DNA from: an uncultured Chromatiales bacterium
GTDB lineage: Bacteria; Pseudomonadota; Gammaproteobacteria; CBFCYW01
Assembly (NCBI GenBank): GCA_965602395.1
Contig: CBFCYW010000004.1
Coordinates: 5,643 to 69,642 of the forward strand
Length of the DNA stretch: 64,000 nt
Direction: 5' to 3'
Every line of letters starts with the position of its first letter. Position 1 is the stretch's first letter. Positions 1-12,715 of this stretch are shown here, in pieces. The notes beneath the pieces are model-generated. The model did no database searches. It was given only the letters and a program-made list of their open reading frames with translations, and had not been told where the DNA came from. Position numbers and translations under genes: made by a program.

Positions 1-980
1 GCCGTAGCTGTCGATTTCACCGTTGCGGAAGGTGGTCAGGCGCGCACTGTCGTTTTCGATGACCTTCCACAGCAAGCGCTCGAAAGGCGGCTGCACCGGC
101 CCCCAGTAGCGCGGGTTGCGCTCCAGCTCGACCAGCCCCTGATCCGGCGTCCAGCCCTCCGGATCGGCCAGCCGGTAGGGGCCGGAGCCGAGCAGTAATC
201 CCTTGGATTGATTAAAGGTTTCGGCGTCATCGAGAAAGCGCGCGTAGAAATGCCGCGGCAGGATCGACATGCCACCGGCCAGCGACAGGGCGTTGAAATA
301 CGGCTCGGCGAATTCGAATCGCACCCGCAGCGGCCCCAGCGCCTGCACGCTGGCGATCTTGTTGAAATAGGCCCGCGCGCGCGGCGCGGCGATGCGCTCA
401 TCCATGATGAAGCGGAACGAGAAGGCCACGTCCTCGGCGGTCAGCGGCGCGCCGTCGGAGAAGGTCACGCCGTCGCGCAGATCGAAGGTGATGGTCAGGC
501 CGTCGGCGGAGATCTGCCAGTCGCGCGCGATCAGGCCCTGCCATTCCAGCGTCTGCGGGTGGCGGCTGATCAGCGATTCGAGCACATAGCCCTGCACCCG
601 CGCGGCGTAGGCGTCCTGCGAGACCAGCGGCGAGATGGTCTTCAGCCCGGTGCCGAAGGCATCCACCAGCCAATCGCCGCTGGCGTAGTCCGGCTGCGCC
701 GCGGCGCGGCGAGCGCGGCCGAAGGCCGGATGGGCATCGCCCGCTGCGGCGTCACCGGCAGCGTCGCCGACGAGCGCCACGCCGCGCTGTAGCTGTGCGC
801 TGAGCTCGCCGAGCTGGCCGCGCAGACCGCGCAGATCCTCGCCCTGTTCGTCGAGGCCGCGACGCATCTGCTCCATCATCAGCCACTGGCGATCGATCTG
901 GTACATGGTCAGCACCAGCAGCACCAACAGCCCGGCGATGCTGGCGAAAAGGATGAAGTCTTTGACGGTGAATCGCTTGT
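1..980 (-). CDS. ABC transporter substrate-binding protein, family 5 (peptide/nickel/oligopeptide type), N-terminal part; gene continues past window start
   Basis: Hand translation of the minus strand from ATG (cat at 978-980) gives an open frame with no stop down to position 1. It starts MDKRFTVKDFILFASIAGLLVLLVL (signal anchor). It contains the family-5 SBP core motif DGLTITFDLRDGVTFSDGAPLTAEDVAFSF. It is absent from the ORF track because the stop lies outside the window. Confidence 0.6.
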
Positions 981-1169
981 CCATGAAGTCTCCGAGCTGC
1001 CGGCGAGCGCTCATCGCGGCGCGGGGGCCACTATAGCCACGCCGACACGGTATTTCACGCCAGCGCGAGCGCCGCGCTAGAATAGCCCCGCCCGGCCGGC
1101 CCGGCCACCGCCCGACACGCCCATCGCGACGCGGCGGTTCTTCCAATCACGCAACGCGGGAGTCACTGC

Positions 1170-1961
1170 ATGGGTTTTCTCGACGGTAAACGCGCCCTGA
1201 TCACGGGCATCGCCAGCAAGCGCTCGATCGCCTGGGGGATCGCCCAGTCGATGGCGCGCGAGGGCGCCGAGCTCGCCTTCACCTACATGGGCGATCGACT
1301 CAAGGGCCGCGTGGAAAAGGTCGCCGAAGAACTCGGCGCCGATCCCGCGCTGGTGCTGCCCTGCAACGTGGAGAGCGACGCGGAGATCGAAGCGCTGTTC
1401 GGCACCCTGCAGGACAAATGGGGCCGGCTGGACACGCTGGTGCACTCGATCGCCTTCGCCCGCTCCGAAGAACTGACCGGCGACTACCTGGACAACGTCA
1501 CCCGCGACGGCTTCAACACCGCGCACGAGATCAGCTCCTACAGCTTTGCCGCACTGGCCAAGGGCGCCCGCCCGCTAATGCGCGAACACGGCGGAGCGAT
1601 GGTGGCGATGACCTATCTCGGCGCCGAGCGGATACTGCCCAACTACAACGTGATGGGCCTGGCCAAAGCCAGCCTGGAGGCCGGCACGCGCTACATGGCC
1701 GGCTGCATGGGGCCGGAGAACATCCGCGTCAACGCCATCTCCGCCGGGCCGATCAAGACCCTGGCGGCGGCCGGCATCGGCGATTTCCGCATGCTGCTCG
1801 AATACATGGAAAAGAACGCCCCGCTGCGCCGCAACGTGACCATCGAGCAGGTCGGCGACACCGCCGCTTTCCTCTGCTCGGATCTATCCGCCGGAATCAC
1901 CGGCCAGGTGATCTACGTCGACTCGGGCTTCAACATCACCGCCATGCCCTACGACAAGTAG
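1170..1961 (+). CDS. fabI: enoyl-[acyl-carrier-protein] reductase (NADH) FabI
   Basis: 263 aa ORF; N-terminus [25 protein letters not shown] plus the YxxMGxxK and [10 protein letters not shown] motifs typical of FabI short-chain reductases. Confidence 0.93.
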   Translation: MGFLDGKRALITGIASKRSIAWGIAQSMAREGAELAFTYMGDRLKGRVEKVAEELGADPALVLPCNVESDAEIEALFGTLQDKWGRLDTLVHSIAFARSEELTGDYLDNVTRDGFNTAHEISSYSFAALAKGARPLMREHGGAMVAMTYLGAERILPNYNVMGLAKASLEAGTRYMAGCMGPENIRVNAISAGPIKTLAAAGIGDFRMLLEYMEKNAPLRRNVTIEQVGDTAAFLCSDLSAGITGQVIYVDSGFNITAMPYDK

Positions 1962-1998
1962 CCACCGCGCGGCGACGCCGCAAAGCCCCGAGCGGACG

Positions 1999-2039
1999 CA
2001 AAAAAGCCGGCGACCACTGCCGTGGTCGCCGGCTTTTTT
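1999..2039. terminator. bidirectional rho-independent terminator between convergent fabI and ppiD
   Basis: A-run, 12-bp perfect stem GCCGGCGACCAC / GTGGTCGCCGGC with a 4-nt loop, then TTTTTT. Confidence 0.65.
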
Positions 2040-2062
2040 ATCGCCTGCGGGCGCGGCCGGCG

Positions 2063-3976
2063 TCAGCGATTTTCCAACTCTTCCAGCAGGGTCAGATTGC
2101 GCTCCACCTCGGCGCGCCCACGCAGGGTCTCGACCAACGCGGCATACTCGATGCTGCCGCGGCGCTGCTCGGCCTGGGCGATCTGCTGCGCCGGCAGCTC
2201 TTCGATCTCGCCGCTGCGCAGCTCGCTGAACACCAGCACAGCGCGGTCGCCACCGGGCAGTACGGCTTCGCCGTAGACCGGCGCGTCTGCGGGCTGTGGC
2301 AGGCGGAACAGCCGCTGCACCGCCGCCGGGGCGATATCGTCACCACCATTGCGGCCCACCCATTGCGGCTCGCGCCAATCGCCGCCCTGCGCTTGCGCCA
2401 CCAGCTCCGGTGACTCACCAGCACGCAGCGCCTCCAGCGCCGCCGCCACACGTTCGGCGAGCTGCGCCTCGGCACGCTCGACACGCAAAGCCTCGGCGAC
2501 TTCGTCGCGCACCTCGTCGAAGGTCTTTGGCCGCGCCGCCTGCTGTTCCTTTACGCGCAGCACTACGACGTGATCGTCGGCCAGCTCCAGCACTTCGGAA
2601 TTGAGGCCTTCGCCGCGCACTTCGGCGGAGAAAGCGGTGCGACGCACTTCGGCGAAAGCGCCGATGCCCTCGCCGGAATTGGCGTCGAACCAGTCGGAAC
2701 TGCTGATTTCGAGGCCGCTCGCATCGGCCGCCGGCTGCAGTGAACCACTGTTTTCGTAGGCGGCGTTGCCAAGTTGCTCGACGCGATCAAAAAACAGGTT
2801 TTCCGCTTCGCTGCGACGAAAATCAGCTTCCAGCTGATCGCGCACTTCGTCGTAAGTCTTGCCGCGCTCAGCGGTAATCTCGTCGACGCGAATCAGATGG
2901 ATGCCGAAATCGCTGCGCACCGGCTGGCTGATTTCTCCGACACCGAGGGAAAACGCCGCCTCTTCGAATTCAGGCACCATAACGCCGCGGGCAAAGCTGC
3001 CGAGACTGCCACCCTGGGCAGAGGAACCCGGGTCTTCGGAGTACTCACGGGCCAGCTCGGCAAAGGATTCACCGGCATCCAAACGCGCGCGCAATGCCTG
3101 GGCTTCGGCGATTACGGTTTCTTCGGGGTCGTCGTCCAGACTCAACAGAATATGTGAGGCACTGCGCTCTTCCGGCACCATGTAATTGCCGCGGGTCTGC
3201 TCGTACAGAGCGCGCAAATCATCTTCGACGACATCGATTTCCGCGGCCAGATCATCGACGCGCAGCTCGATGTAATCGACACGTACCTTTTCCGGGTGCT
3301 GATAGCGCGCCTGCTCGGCGGCAAAATATTCTCGCAACTCATCGTCGTCGGGATGGATCTCGGCCATCAGCGGCGCCAGAGAGAAAGCAATCAGGCCGGC
3401 CCGGCGCTGCTGGGCGCGCAGAGCGGCAAGGCGCTGGCGCTCACCGGGCAGACTGAAGGCGCTCAGGCTGACGCCGCGCCGCAGTTGATCAACCGCCACG
3501 TCGCGGCGCATCTGCTGCTCGAACTGGGCGACACTGAGTCCCATCGACTGCAGTTGGCGCTGGTATATCTCGCGATCAAAGCCGTTACCGGAATCAAAGG
3601 CCGAAATGCTGCTGATCGCGCTCGCGAGCTGTTCGTCACTGAGGGCGTAGCCATTGTCGGTGGCGTGTTGCAACAACACCTCCTGGGTGATTGCCGTATC
3701 CAATGCCTGCTGGCGCAGGATTTCACCACCGAGCCCTTCGGGAATCTGTCCGCCGAAAGCCTGGCGCAAACGGTCGCGTTGCTGCGCATAAATCTGCTCA
3801 TAAACGCGCAGGGATACTTCGTTGCCGTTCACCTTGGCGGCGTATGAATCGCCACCACCGCCTAGATAGGAGCCGATGCCGAAAAGCACAAAAGGAACCG
3901 AAATGACTCCGATAATAATGTATTTGAGCCATTTGGAGTTCTTAACACCATCACGCATCGAGAGCAGCATAAGCAA
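2063..3976 (-). CDS. ppiD: periplasmic chaperone / peptidyl-prolyl cis-trans isomerase PpiD
   Basis: 637 aa; N-terminal membrane anchor; YAAKVNGNEVS opening matches PpiD; parvulin-like segment; position downstream of lon-hupB as in enterobacteria. Confidence 0.88.
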   Translation of the reverse strand: MLMLLSMRDGVKNSKWLKYIIIGVISVPFVLFGIGSYLGGGGDSYAAKVNGNEVSLRVYEQIYAQQRDRLRQAFGGQIPEGLGGEILRQQALDTAITQEVLLQHATDNGYALSDEQLASAISSISAFDSGNGFDREIYQRQLQSMGLSVAQFEQQMRRDVAVDQLRRGVSLSAFSLPGERQRLAALRAQQRRAGLIAFSLAPLMAEIHPDDDELREYFAAEQARYQHPEKVRVDYIELRVDDLAAEIDVVEDDLRALYEQTRGNYMVPEERSASHILLSLDDDPEETVIAEAQALRARLDAGESFAELAREYSEDPGSSAQGGSLGSFARGVMVPEFEEAAFSLGVGEISQPVRSDFGIHLIRVDEITAERGKTYDEVRDQLEADFRRSEAENLFFDRVEQLGNAAYENSGSLQPAADASGLEISSSDWFDANSGEGIGAFAEVRRTAFSAEVRGEGLNSEVLELADDHVVVLRVKEQQAARPKTFDEVRDEVAEALRVERAEAQLAERVAAALEALRAGESPELVAQAQGGDWREPQWVGRNGGDDIAPAAVQRLFRLPQPADAPVYGEAVLPGGDRAVLVFSELRSGEIEELPAQQIAQAEQRRGSIEYAALVETLRGRAEVERNLTLLEELENR

Positions 3977-4065
3977 TCACCACAGTGATATTCGGTAATA
4001 TTAATTTTTCGCTATCCCAATCATGACAAAGGGTGCCGATTGGCACCCTCTATCATGTTCGGATA

Positions 4066-4142
4066 TGGCGGAGCGGACGGGACTCGAACCCGCGACCCCC
4101 GGCGTGACAGGCCGGTATTCTAACCAACTGAACTACCGCTCC
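4066..4142 (-). tRNA. tRNA-Asp (GUC)
   Basis: Reverse complement reads GGAGCGGTAGTTCAGTTGGTTAGAATACCGGCCTGTCACGCCGGGGGTCGCGGGTTCGAGTCCCGTCCGCTCCGCCA; anticodon loop CTGTCAC; encoded CCA. Confidence 0.9.
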
Positions 4143-4151
4143 GAATTTTGT

Positions 4152-4227
4152 TGGTGGGTGCTGAGGGATTTGAACCCCCGACCCTCGCCTTGTAAGGGCG
4201 ATGCTCTCCCAACTGAGCTAAGCACCC
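4152..4227 (-). tRNA. tRNA-Val (UAC)
   Basis: Reverse complement reads GGGTGCTTAGCTCAGTTGGGAGAGCATCGCCCTTACAAGGCGAGGGTCGGGGGTTCAAATCCCTCAGCACCCACCA; anticodon TAC; begins 14 nt after the hupB stop. Confidence 0.9.
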
Positions 4228-4241
4228 TGCAGGAAAGCGGA

Positions 4242-4514
4242 TTAGTTTACCGCATCCTTTAGGGCTTTACCAGCTTTGAACCCCGGGATATTAGAGGCGG
4301 AGATCTCGATCGAATCGCCAGTCCGCGGGTTGCGGCCCTGGCGCGCCTCACGATGGCGCACGAGAAAGGTTCCGAAGCCAACGAGTGTGACTTGCTCACC
4401 ATCTTTGAGGGAAGCAGTGATCACGTCGACCATGGCGTCGAGTGCCTTGCCAGCTGTAGCCTTCGGAAGATCTGCGGCATCAGCAACGGCCTCAATGAAT
4501 TCTGACTTGTTCAT
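4242..4514 (-). CDS. hupB: DNA-binding protein HU-beta
   Basis: [50 protein letters not shown]...NPRTG is canonical HU. The internal Met of the 112-aa ORF is taken as start. It is adjacent to lon as in E. coli. Confidence 0.9.
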   Translation of the reverse strand: MNKSEFIEAVADAADLPKATAGKALDAMVDVITASLKDGEQVTLVGFGTFLVRHREARQGRNPRTGDSIEISASNIPGFKAGKALKDAVN

Positions 4515-4805
4515 CCAGCAATCCTTCGGTACTAAATTGGGTGAGTTATAAAAGTGTGACGGACTCCTTATTGGAGCCATTCTGTTTTTTTTGTTTGCGG
4601 AACCAACCTTGCAATGATGCCAGCGAATCCGGCTTTTTTATTATTACACTCAACCCGCGTTTATGAACTGCTGGCCGAGGCGCAAGTTTATACCAATCGC
4701 CCAGAAGGGATGTCAACTACAGCGCCACGTTCAACGCGCCCCGGAGCAGTCTGCCGAGGGCGCGCGCAATGATACGGGTTCGCCGTGAAATGTACAGCCA
4801 TTTTT

Positions 4806-7226
<2,421 letters not shown>

Positions 7227-7240
7227 CGTTGTCGTCCTCA

Positions 7241-7273
7241 AAAAAAATCAACGGGCACTGAATGTGCCCGTTG
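7241..7273 (-). terminator. hairpin plus U-tract between clpX and lon (clpX terminator / lon leader structure)
   Basis: Perfect 10-bp stem CAACGGGCAC / GTGCCCGTTG with a 5-nt loop; on the minus strand it is followed by TTTTTTT immediately before the lon RBS. Confidence 0.55.
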
Positions 7274-7276
7274 ATG

Positions 7277-7306
7277 ATGGTGGGGGTCGGCATGCTGCAA
7301 TTCAAG
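7277..7306 (-). promoter_or_regulatory. candidate sigma-32 (heat-shock) promoter for lon
   Basis: Minus strand reads CTTGAAT-(13 nt)-CCCCCACCAT, resembling the CTTGAAA / CCCCATNT consensus; lon is a classic sigma-32 regulon member. Confidence 0.4.
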
Positions 7307-7360
7307 CTGTGCCCGGCGACCATCGCGGCCCGACGGCCGCTGCGCGCCGAGTTTTGTGGA

Positions 7361-8665
7361 TCACTCGTCGGATGCTGCGATCTTGAACTGGGTGCCATCG
7401 TCGTCGAGTCCGCTCTCCTGGCCTTCGAGCAACAGGTAGGGCTTGGACTCACCGCGAACCACGGCGTCATCGACCACGACCTTTTTGACGTTCTCCAGCC
7501 GCGGCAGCTCGAACATGGTTTCCAGCAGCATGCCCTCCATGATGGTGCGCAGACCGCGCGCACCGGTTTTACGTTCGGTGGCTTTGCGCGCCACTTCAAA
7601 CAGCGCCTCGTCGCGGAATTCGAGCTCGGCGCTCTCCATCTCGAAGAGCTTCTCGTACTGCTTGGTCAGGGCATTCTTGGGCTCACGCAGGATCTGCACC
7701 AGGGCTTCCTCGTCCAGCTCCTCCAGGGTTGCGACCACCGGCAGACGGCCGACGAACTCGGGGATCAGGCCGTAGTGGATCAGGTCCTCGGCCTCGACAT
7801 CGCGCAGGATCTCACCCACGTTACGCGAGTCGTCCGGTGACTTGACCTCGGCGGAGAAGCCGATGCCGCCCTTTTCCGAGCGATCGCGGATGACCTTGTC
7901 CAGCCCGGCAAAAGCGCCACCGACAACGAACAGGATGTTGGCGGTGTCGACCTGCAGAAACTCCTGCTGCGGGTGTTTGCGGCCACCCTGCGGCGGCACC
8001 GAAGCGACCGTGCCCTCGATCAGTTTGAGCAAGGCCTGCTGCACGCCCTCCCCCGACACATCGCGGGTGATGGACGGGTTGTCGGACTTGCGTGAAATCT
8101 TGTCGATCTCATCGATGTAGACGATGCCGGTCTGCGCCTTTTCGACGTCGTAGTCGCACTTCTGCAACAGCTTCTGGATGATGTTTTCAACATCCTCACC
8201 GACGTAGCCGGCTTCGGTAAGCGTGGTCGCATCGGCGATGGTGAAGGGCACGTTGAGCAGTCGCGCCAGCGTCTCGGCGAGCAGCGTCTTGCCCGAGCCG
8301 GTCGGCCCGATCAGCAGGATGTTGCTCTTGGCCAGCTCGACGTCATCCTTGCGATGACGGTAGTCGAGGCGCTTGTAGTGGTTGTACACCGCTACCGACA
8401 GCACCTTTTTGGCGGCATCCTGGCCGATCACGTACTCATCGAGAATCTCTTTGATCTCGTGCGGCTTGGGCAGCTTGGCCGAACCGGTCGCCGCCTGCTC
8501 CTGCATCTCTTCGGTGATGATGTCATTGCACAAATCGACGCACTCGTCGCAGATGAAGACCGACGGTCCGGCGATCAGTTTGCGCACCTCGTGCTGACTC
8601 TTGCCACAGAAGGAGCAGTAGAGCAGCTTGCCGTCATCCTGACTCTTGCCTTCTCCGTCACTCAT
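7361..8665 (-). CDS. clpX: ATP-dependent Clp protease ATP-binding subunit ClpX
   Basis: 434 aa; N-terminal zinc-binding CSFCGK...CDEC; Walker A GPTGSGKT; directly downstream of clpP. Confidence 0.95.
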   Translation of the reverse strand: MSDGEGKSQDDGKLLYCSFCGKSQHEVRKLIAGPSVFICDECVDLCNDIITEEMQEQAATGSAKLPKPHEIKEILDEYVIGQDAAKKVLSVAVYNHYKRLDYRHRKDDVELAKSNILLIGPTGSGKTLLAETLARLLNVPFTIADATTLTEAGYVGEDVENIIQKLLQKCDYDVEKAQTGIVYIDEIDKISRKSDNPSITRDVSGEGVQQALLKLIEGTVASVPPQGGRKHPQQEFLQVDTANILFVVGGAFAGLDKVIRDRSEKGGIGFSAEVKSPDDSRNVGEILRDVEAEDLIHYGLIPEFVGRLPVVATLEELDEEALVQILREPKNALTKQYEKLFEMESAELEFRDEALFEVARKATERKTGARGLRTIMEGMLLETMFELPRLENVKKVVVDDAVVRGESKPYLLLEGQESGLDDDGTQFKIAASDE

Positions 8666-8834
8666 GTTCAGACCTCATCGTTGACTTCGGGGCAACATGC
8701 CGATTTTGCGGCGCGTTTTCAAGCGCCCGCATCCACCCGGTCAGTTCCCGGGTGCTGACCGGCATCGCGTGGGGCGTCGCGATTGCTACCGCGACCGCCC
8801 TCTGCGTCAGCGGCAGATACGGCCCGGGGCTTGA

Positions 8835-9479
8835 TCAGGCTTTTTTCCCGGCGGCCGCGCGACTGCTGACCACCTTGTCGATCAAACCGTAGTCGACCGC
8901 ATCCGTGGCGGTCATAAAATTGTCGCGCTCGGTATCGTCCTTGACCTTCTCGATCGGCTGCCCGGTGTGCTTGGCGAGCAGGCCGTTGAGGCGATCGCGG
9001 ATGCTCAGAATCTCGCGGGCGTGGATGTCGAAGTCCGTCGCCTGCCCCTGAAAGCCGCCCAGCGGCTGATGGATCATGCAGCGCGCGTGGGGCAGCGCAA
9101 AGCGCTTGCCGGCGGCGCCGCCAGCGAGCAGCACCGCACCCATGCTGGCCGCCTGGCCGATGCACAGAGTGCTGACGTCGGGCTTGATGAACTGCATGGT
9201 GTCGTAGATCGCCAGCCCCGCGGTGACCGAGCCGCCCGGCGAGTTGATGTACAGGGAGATGTCCTTGTCCGGGTTTTCCGACTCCAGGAACAGCAGCTGC
9301 GCCACCACCAGATTTGCGTTGTAGTCCTCCACCGGGCCGACCATGAAAATCACCCGCTCCTTGAGCAGGCGCGAATAGATGTCGTACGAGCGCTCACCAC
9401 GCGGCGTCTGCTCGACGACCATCGGCACCAGGTTCATCGCCTGGGGCTGGAGCATTCCTGAATCGAAGCTGCCACTCAT
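8835..9479 (-). CDS. clpP: ATP-dependent Clp protease proteolytic subunit ClpP
   Basis: 214 aa; [17 protein letters not shown]...GQAASMGA.. motifs of ClpP. Confidence 0.95.
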   Translation of the reverse strand: MSGSFDSGMLQPQAMNLVPMVVEQTPRGERSYDIYSRLLKERVIFMVGPVEDYNANLVVAQLLFLESENPDKDISLYINSPGGSVTAGLAIYDTMQFIKPDVSTLCIGQAASMGAVLLAGGAAGKRFALPHARCMIHQPLGGFQGQATDFDIHAREILSIRDRLNGLLAKHTGQPIEKVKDDTERDNFMTATDAVDYGLIDKVVSSRAAAGKKA

Positions 9480-9485
9480 TTGGGA

Positions 9486-10802
9486 TCAATCTCCTGCTTG
9501 TTCCTCGGCCGGCGCGGTGTTCATCACATCCTTGAAGGCGGTCGGCTTTTCGCTGACCTGGGCACGCGCCACGACCCAATCGGTAACGGCCTGTTCCAGC
9601 ACGAGTCCTTCGACATTCTGCAACAGCTCGCGGTTGCCGTAATAGTAGTCGACCACCTGCTGCGGTTCCTGATAGGAAGCGGCGAGGTTTTCCACGTATT
9701 CGCGCACCTTGTCGGCATCCGCCTTGAGTTCAGCGCTCTTGATCACCTCAGCGACCACCAGACCGAGGCGCACGCGGCGCTCGGCATCGGCACTGAACAA
9801 CTCATCCGAGAGATGCTCGGTACTGGCGCCCTCGGGCATCTGCCCGGCGACATTCTGGCGCAGGCGAGCGATCTCCTCCTCCACCAGCGCCTTGGGCAGG
9901 TCGATCGGATTGAGTGCCACCAGGCCCTCCATCACCTGCTGTTTGACCCGCGTTTCGACCGCCTGTTTCAGCTCGCGCTGCATATTGTTGCGGATGTCCG
10001 CACGCAGCGCATCGACACCACCCTCATCGACGCCAAAAGACTTGGCGAATTCATCATCCACCTCCGGCAACTGCGGCACTTTGACAGCATGCACCTTGAC
10101 GCTGAACTCGGCCTCTTTACCGGCCAGATGCTCGGCGCGATAGTCCTCGGGAAAGGACACTTTGACGCTGCGCTCATCGCCGGCACTGGCGCCAACGAGC
10201 TGTTCCTCGAAGCCGGGAATCATGCTGCCCGAACCCAGCACCAGCGGCATGTTATCCGCCTTGCCACCCGGAAATTCCTCGCCGTCGATGCTGCCGACGA
10301 AATCGATGGTCAGCTGATCGCCATCCTCGGCGGCGCGCTCGACGGTCTCCCACTCGGAGCGCTGCTTGCGCAGGTTGTCGATCATCTCGTCGATGTCGCT
10401 CTCGGCGACCTCCGCCACCGGGCGCTCGATCTGCATGCCATCGACAGCGGCCAGCTCAAAATCCGGGTAGACCTCGAACACCGCGGTGTACGACAGCTCT
10501 TTGCCGGCATCCATGTCGACGGGCTCGATCTGCGGCATGCCCGCCGGGCGCAACTGCTCCTGCACCACCGCCTCCTGGAAGGAAGACTGGATCACTTCGC
10601 CGAGCACTTCCTGGCGCACCTGCGCACCAAAGCGCGTGCGCACCACGCGAAGCGGCACCTTGCCGGGACGGAAGCCCTGCAGGCGAACGGTCTTGCTCAG
10701 CGATTGCAGGCGTTCATTGACGGCGCTATCGATACGCTCGGCCGGCACCTGAACCTTGAGCTTGCGCTCCAGCCCCTCGGTCGCTTCCACGGAAACTTGC
10801 AT
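9486..10802 (-). CDS. tig: trigger factor
   Basis: Starts MQVSVEATEGLERKLKVQVP, matching the trigger-factor N-terminus; central FKBP-like domain; upstream of clpP. Confidence 0.93.
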   Translation of the reverse strand: MQVSVEATEGLERKLKVQVPAERIDSAVNERLQSLSKTVRLQGFRPGKVPLRVVRTRFGAQVRQEVLGEVIQSSFQEAVVQEQLRPAGMPQIEPVDMDAGKELSYTAVFEVYPDFELAAVDGMQIERPVAEVAESDIDEMIDNLRKQRSEWETVERAAEDGDQLTIDFVGSIDGEEFPGGKADNMPLVLGSGSMIPGFEEQLVGASAGDERSVKVSFPEDYRAEHLAGKEAEFSVKVHAVKVPQLPEVDDEFAKSFGVDEGGVDALRADIRNNMQRELKQAVETRVKQQVMEGLVALNPIDLPKALVEEEIARLRQNVAGQMPEGASTEHLSDELFSADAERRVRLGLVVAEVIKSAELKADADKVREYVENLAASYQEPQQVVDYYYGNRELLQNVEGLVLEQAVTDWVVARAQVSEKPTAFKDVMNTAPAEEQAGD

Positions 10803-10896
10803 TGCACACCTCAAAACAATGAACGGCGCGGGTCGGCGCGCCGGGTCGACTGATCGGAAAGGGAGAGCGCGCCGGAACGGCCCGCCCGTACGGATA

Positions 10897-10981
<85 letters not shown>

Positions 10982-11071
10982 GCAGAAACTGGCGGGCGGA
11001 GTATACCCGAACTTCGTCGGGGGCGCCCATAGCACAGTGCCCGGGAAGGCCCGGGCACTGCACAGGAATAA

Positions 11072-11147
11072 TGGTGGGCCGTCAGGGATTCGAACCCCGG
11101 ACCTACTGATTAAGAGTCAGCTGCTCTACCAACTGAGCTAACGGCCC
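11072..11147 (-). tRNA. tRNA-Lys (CUU)
   Basis: Reverse complement reads GGGCCGTTAGCTCAGTTGGTAGAGCAGCTGACTCTTAATCAGTAGGTCCGGGGTTCGAATCCCTGACGGCCCACCA; anticodon loop CTCTTAA. Confidence 0.85.
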
Positions 11148-11234
11148 AAAAAACCTGCGCCAAGCGCCGCACGGCGGCAACGCATCGACAGCCCGCGAGG
11201 CGCTGGCCGGGGCCATCACCCAAGGCGGAATAAA

Positions 11235-11311
11235 TGGGGTGGACGATGGGATTTGAACCCACGACCACAGGAATCACAATCCTGCGCTCTACCGACTGAG
11301 CTACGCCCACC
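11235..11311 (-). tRNA. tRNA-His (GUG)
   Basis: Reverse complement reads GGTGGGCGTAGCTCAGTCGGTAGAGCGCAGGATTGTGATTCCTGTGGTCGTGGGTTCAAATCCCATCGTCCACCCCA; extra 5' G typical of tRNA-His. Confidence 0.88.
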
Positions 11312-11320
11312 ACTGAAAAC

Positions 11321-11397
<77 letters not shown>

Positions 11398-11430
11398 AGA
11401 AGACTGCCCGCGAAGCGTGCAAGGGCAAAC

Positions 11431-11507
11431 TGGTCGGGGCAGCAGGATTCGAACCTGCGACCCTCTGCTCCCAAAGCAGATGCGCTACCAGGCTGCGCTA
11501 TACCCCG
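11431..11507 (-). tRNA. tRNA-Pro (UGG)
   Basis: Reverse complement reads CGGGGTATAGCGCAGCCTGGTAGCGCATCTGCTTTGGGAGCAGAGGGTCGCAGGTTCGAATCCTGCTGCCCCGACCA; anticodon TGG. Confidence 0.88.
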
Positions 11508-11572
11508 AAGCTGTGGTCACCGAGTGCCACGTTCGCAGGAGGCGCGATACTACACACCGCCCCAGAGGCCGT

Positions 11573-11586
11573 CAACGGCGCCGTTG
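11573..11586. promoter_or_regulatory. perfect 14-bp palindrome CAACGGCGCCGTTG in the divergent tRNA-array / glxA-like promoter region
   Basis: Exact dyad symmetry read directly from the sequence; it lies 65 bp upstream of the tRNA-Pro 5' end and 148 bp upstream of the regulator ATG. Confidence 0.3.
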
Positions 11587-11694
11587 GACGGCCGGCGGCG
11601 GCGGCCGCACACGACCTCCTTGAGCCGATCGCCGGCGCGGCATACATTGTGCAGTTGCCAGAGCGCAGAGCCGCATATCGCACTCCGCGCCCGG

Positions 11695-11720
11695 CCTGCG
11701 AGCCCCGCCTGCGAGCCCCG
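11695..11720. repeat. tandem 13-bp direct repeat (CCTGCGAGCCCCG x2) in the 5' leader of the glxA-like gene
   Basis: Two perfect adjacent copies ending 14 bp before the ATG at 11734. Confidence 0.5.
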
Positions 11721-11733
11721 AGCGAATACTGCC

Positions 11734-12705
11734 ATGAGCGAATCGGCGACCACCGAGCACTTCGGTTTTCTGCTGATCCCCAACTTCTCCAACATCGGCT
11801 TCACCTGCGCCGTGGAGCCGATGCGCATGGCCAACTGGCTGCTCGGCCGACCAGCCTATCGCTACAGCACGCTCAGCGCCGACGGCGCGCTGGTGCCGGC
11901 CAGCAACGGCCTGCGCACCGCCGCCGACTACGCCATCGCCGAGGCGCCGCCGCTGGACGTCCTGTTCGTCTGCGGGCCGACACCGATCTGCGAAGACTAC
12001 GACCACACCATCCTGCAGTGGCTGCAGCGACTGGCGCGCCAGGGCAGGCCCATCGGCAGCCTGTGCACCGGCAGCCACCTGCTGGCCAGAGCCGGGCTGC
12101 TCGACGGCTATCGCGCCACCATCCACTGGATCAACAGCGCCGGGCTGCGCGAGCAGTTCCCGCGTATCAGCGTCTCCGGCAACGTGTTCGAGATCGACCG
12201 CGACCGCTACACCTGCAGCGGCGGCACCGCGCCGATGGATCTGATGCTGTACCTGATCGGCCAGCGCTTCGATCAGAATCTGGTGGCCGACATCTCCGAG
12301 CAGTTCATCCTCGAACGGGTGCGCGGCACCCACGAGCGCCAGCGCCAGCCGATGCGGGTCAAGCTGGGCACCGACCAGCCGGCGCTCACCGAGGCGGCAT
12401 TGCTGATGGAATCGAATATCGAAGAACCGCTATCCAGCGACGAGATCGCCAGCCACACCGGCATCTCGCGGCGCCAGCTTGAGCGCCTGTTCCGCAGCCA
12501 CCTCGACTGCTCGCCGTCGCAGCACTACCTGAACCTGCGCCTGGAGCGCGCCCGCGAACTGCTGATGCAGACCGCACTGCCGATCCGCGAAGTGTGCAGC
12601 GCCACCGGCTTCGTCTCCTATCCGCACTTCTCGCGCTGCTACAGCCAGCGCTACGGCATCTCGCCCAGCGCCGAGCGCCGCCTGCGCCGCGCGCGGCTGG
12701 TGTGA
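11734..12705 (+). CDS. GlxA-family transcriptional regulator (DJ-1/PfpI-like domain fused to AraC-type HTH)
   Basis: The N-terminal half has DJ-1/PfpI class-I glutamine amidotransferase-like features (LCTGSHLLARAGLLDGYRATIHW). The C-terminal half has an AraC HTH (ISRRQLERLFRSHLDCSPSQHYLNLRLERARELL). Start chosen at MSESATTEHFGFLLIPNF. Confidence 0.8.
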   Translation: MSESATTEHFGFLLIPNFSNIGFTCAVEPMRMANWLLGRPAYRYSTLSADGALVPASNGLRTAADYAIAEAPPLDVLFVCGPTPICEDYDHTILQWLQRLARQGRPIGSLCTGSHLLARAGLLDGYRATIHWINSAGLREQFPRISVSGNVFEIDRDRYTCSGGTAPMDLMLYLIGQRFDQNLVADISEQFILERVRGTHERQRQPMRVKLGTDQPALTEAALLMESNIEEPLSSDEIASHTGISRRQLERLFRSHLDCSPSQHYLNLRLERARELLMQTALPIREVCSATGFVSYPHFSRCYSQRYGISPSAERRLRRARLV

Positions 12706-12715
12706 ACCGCGCCAG

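Noticed and set aside
9480-10853. 457-aa plus-strand ORF antisense to tig
   Set aside because: Overlaps trigger factor completely; composition artefact of high GC.
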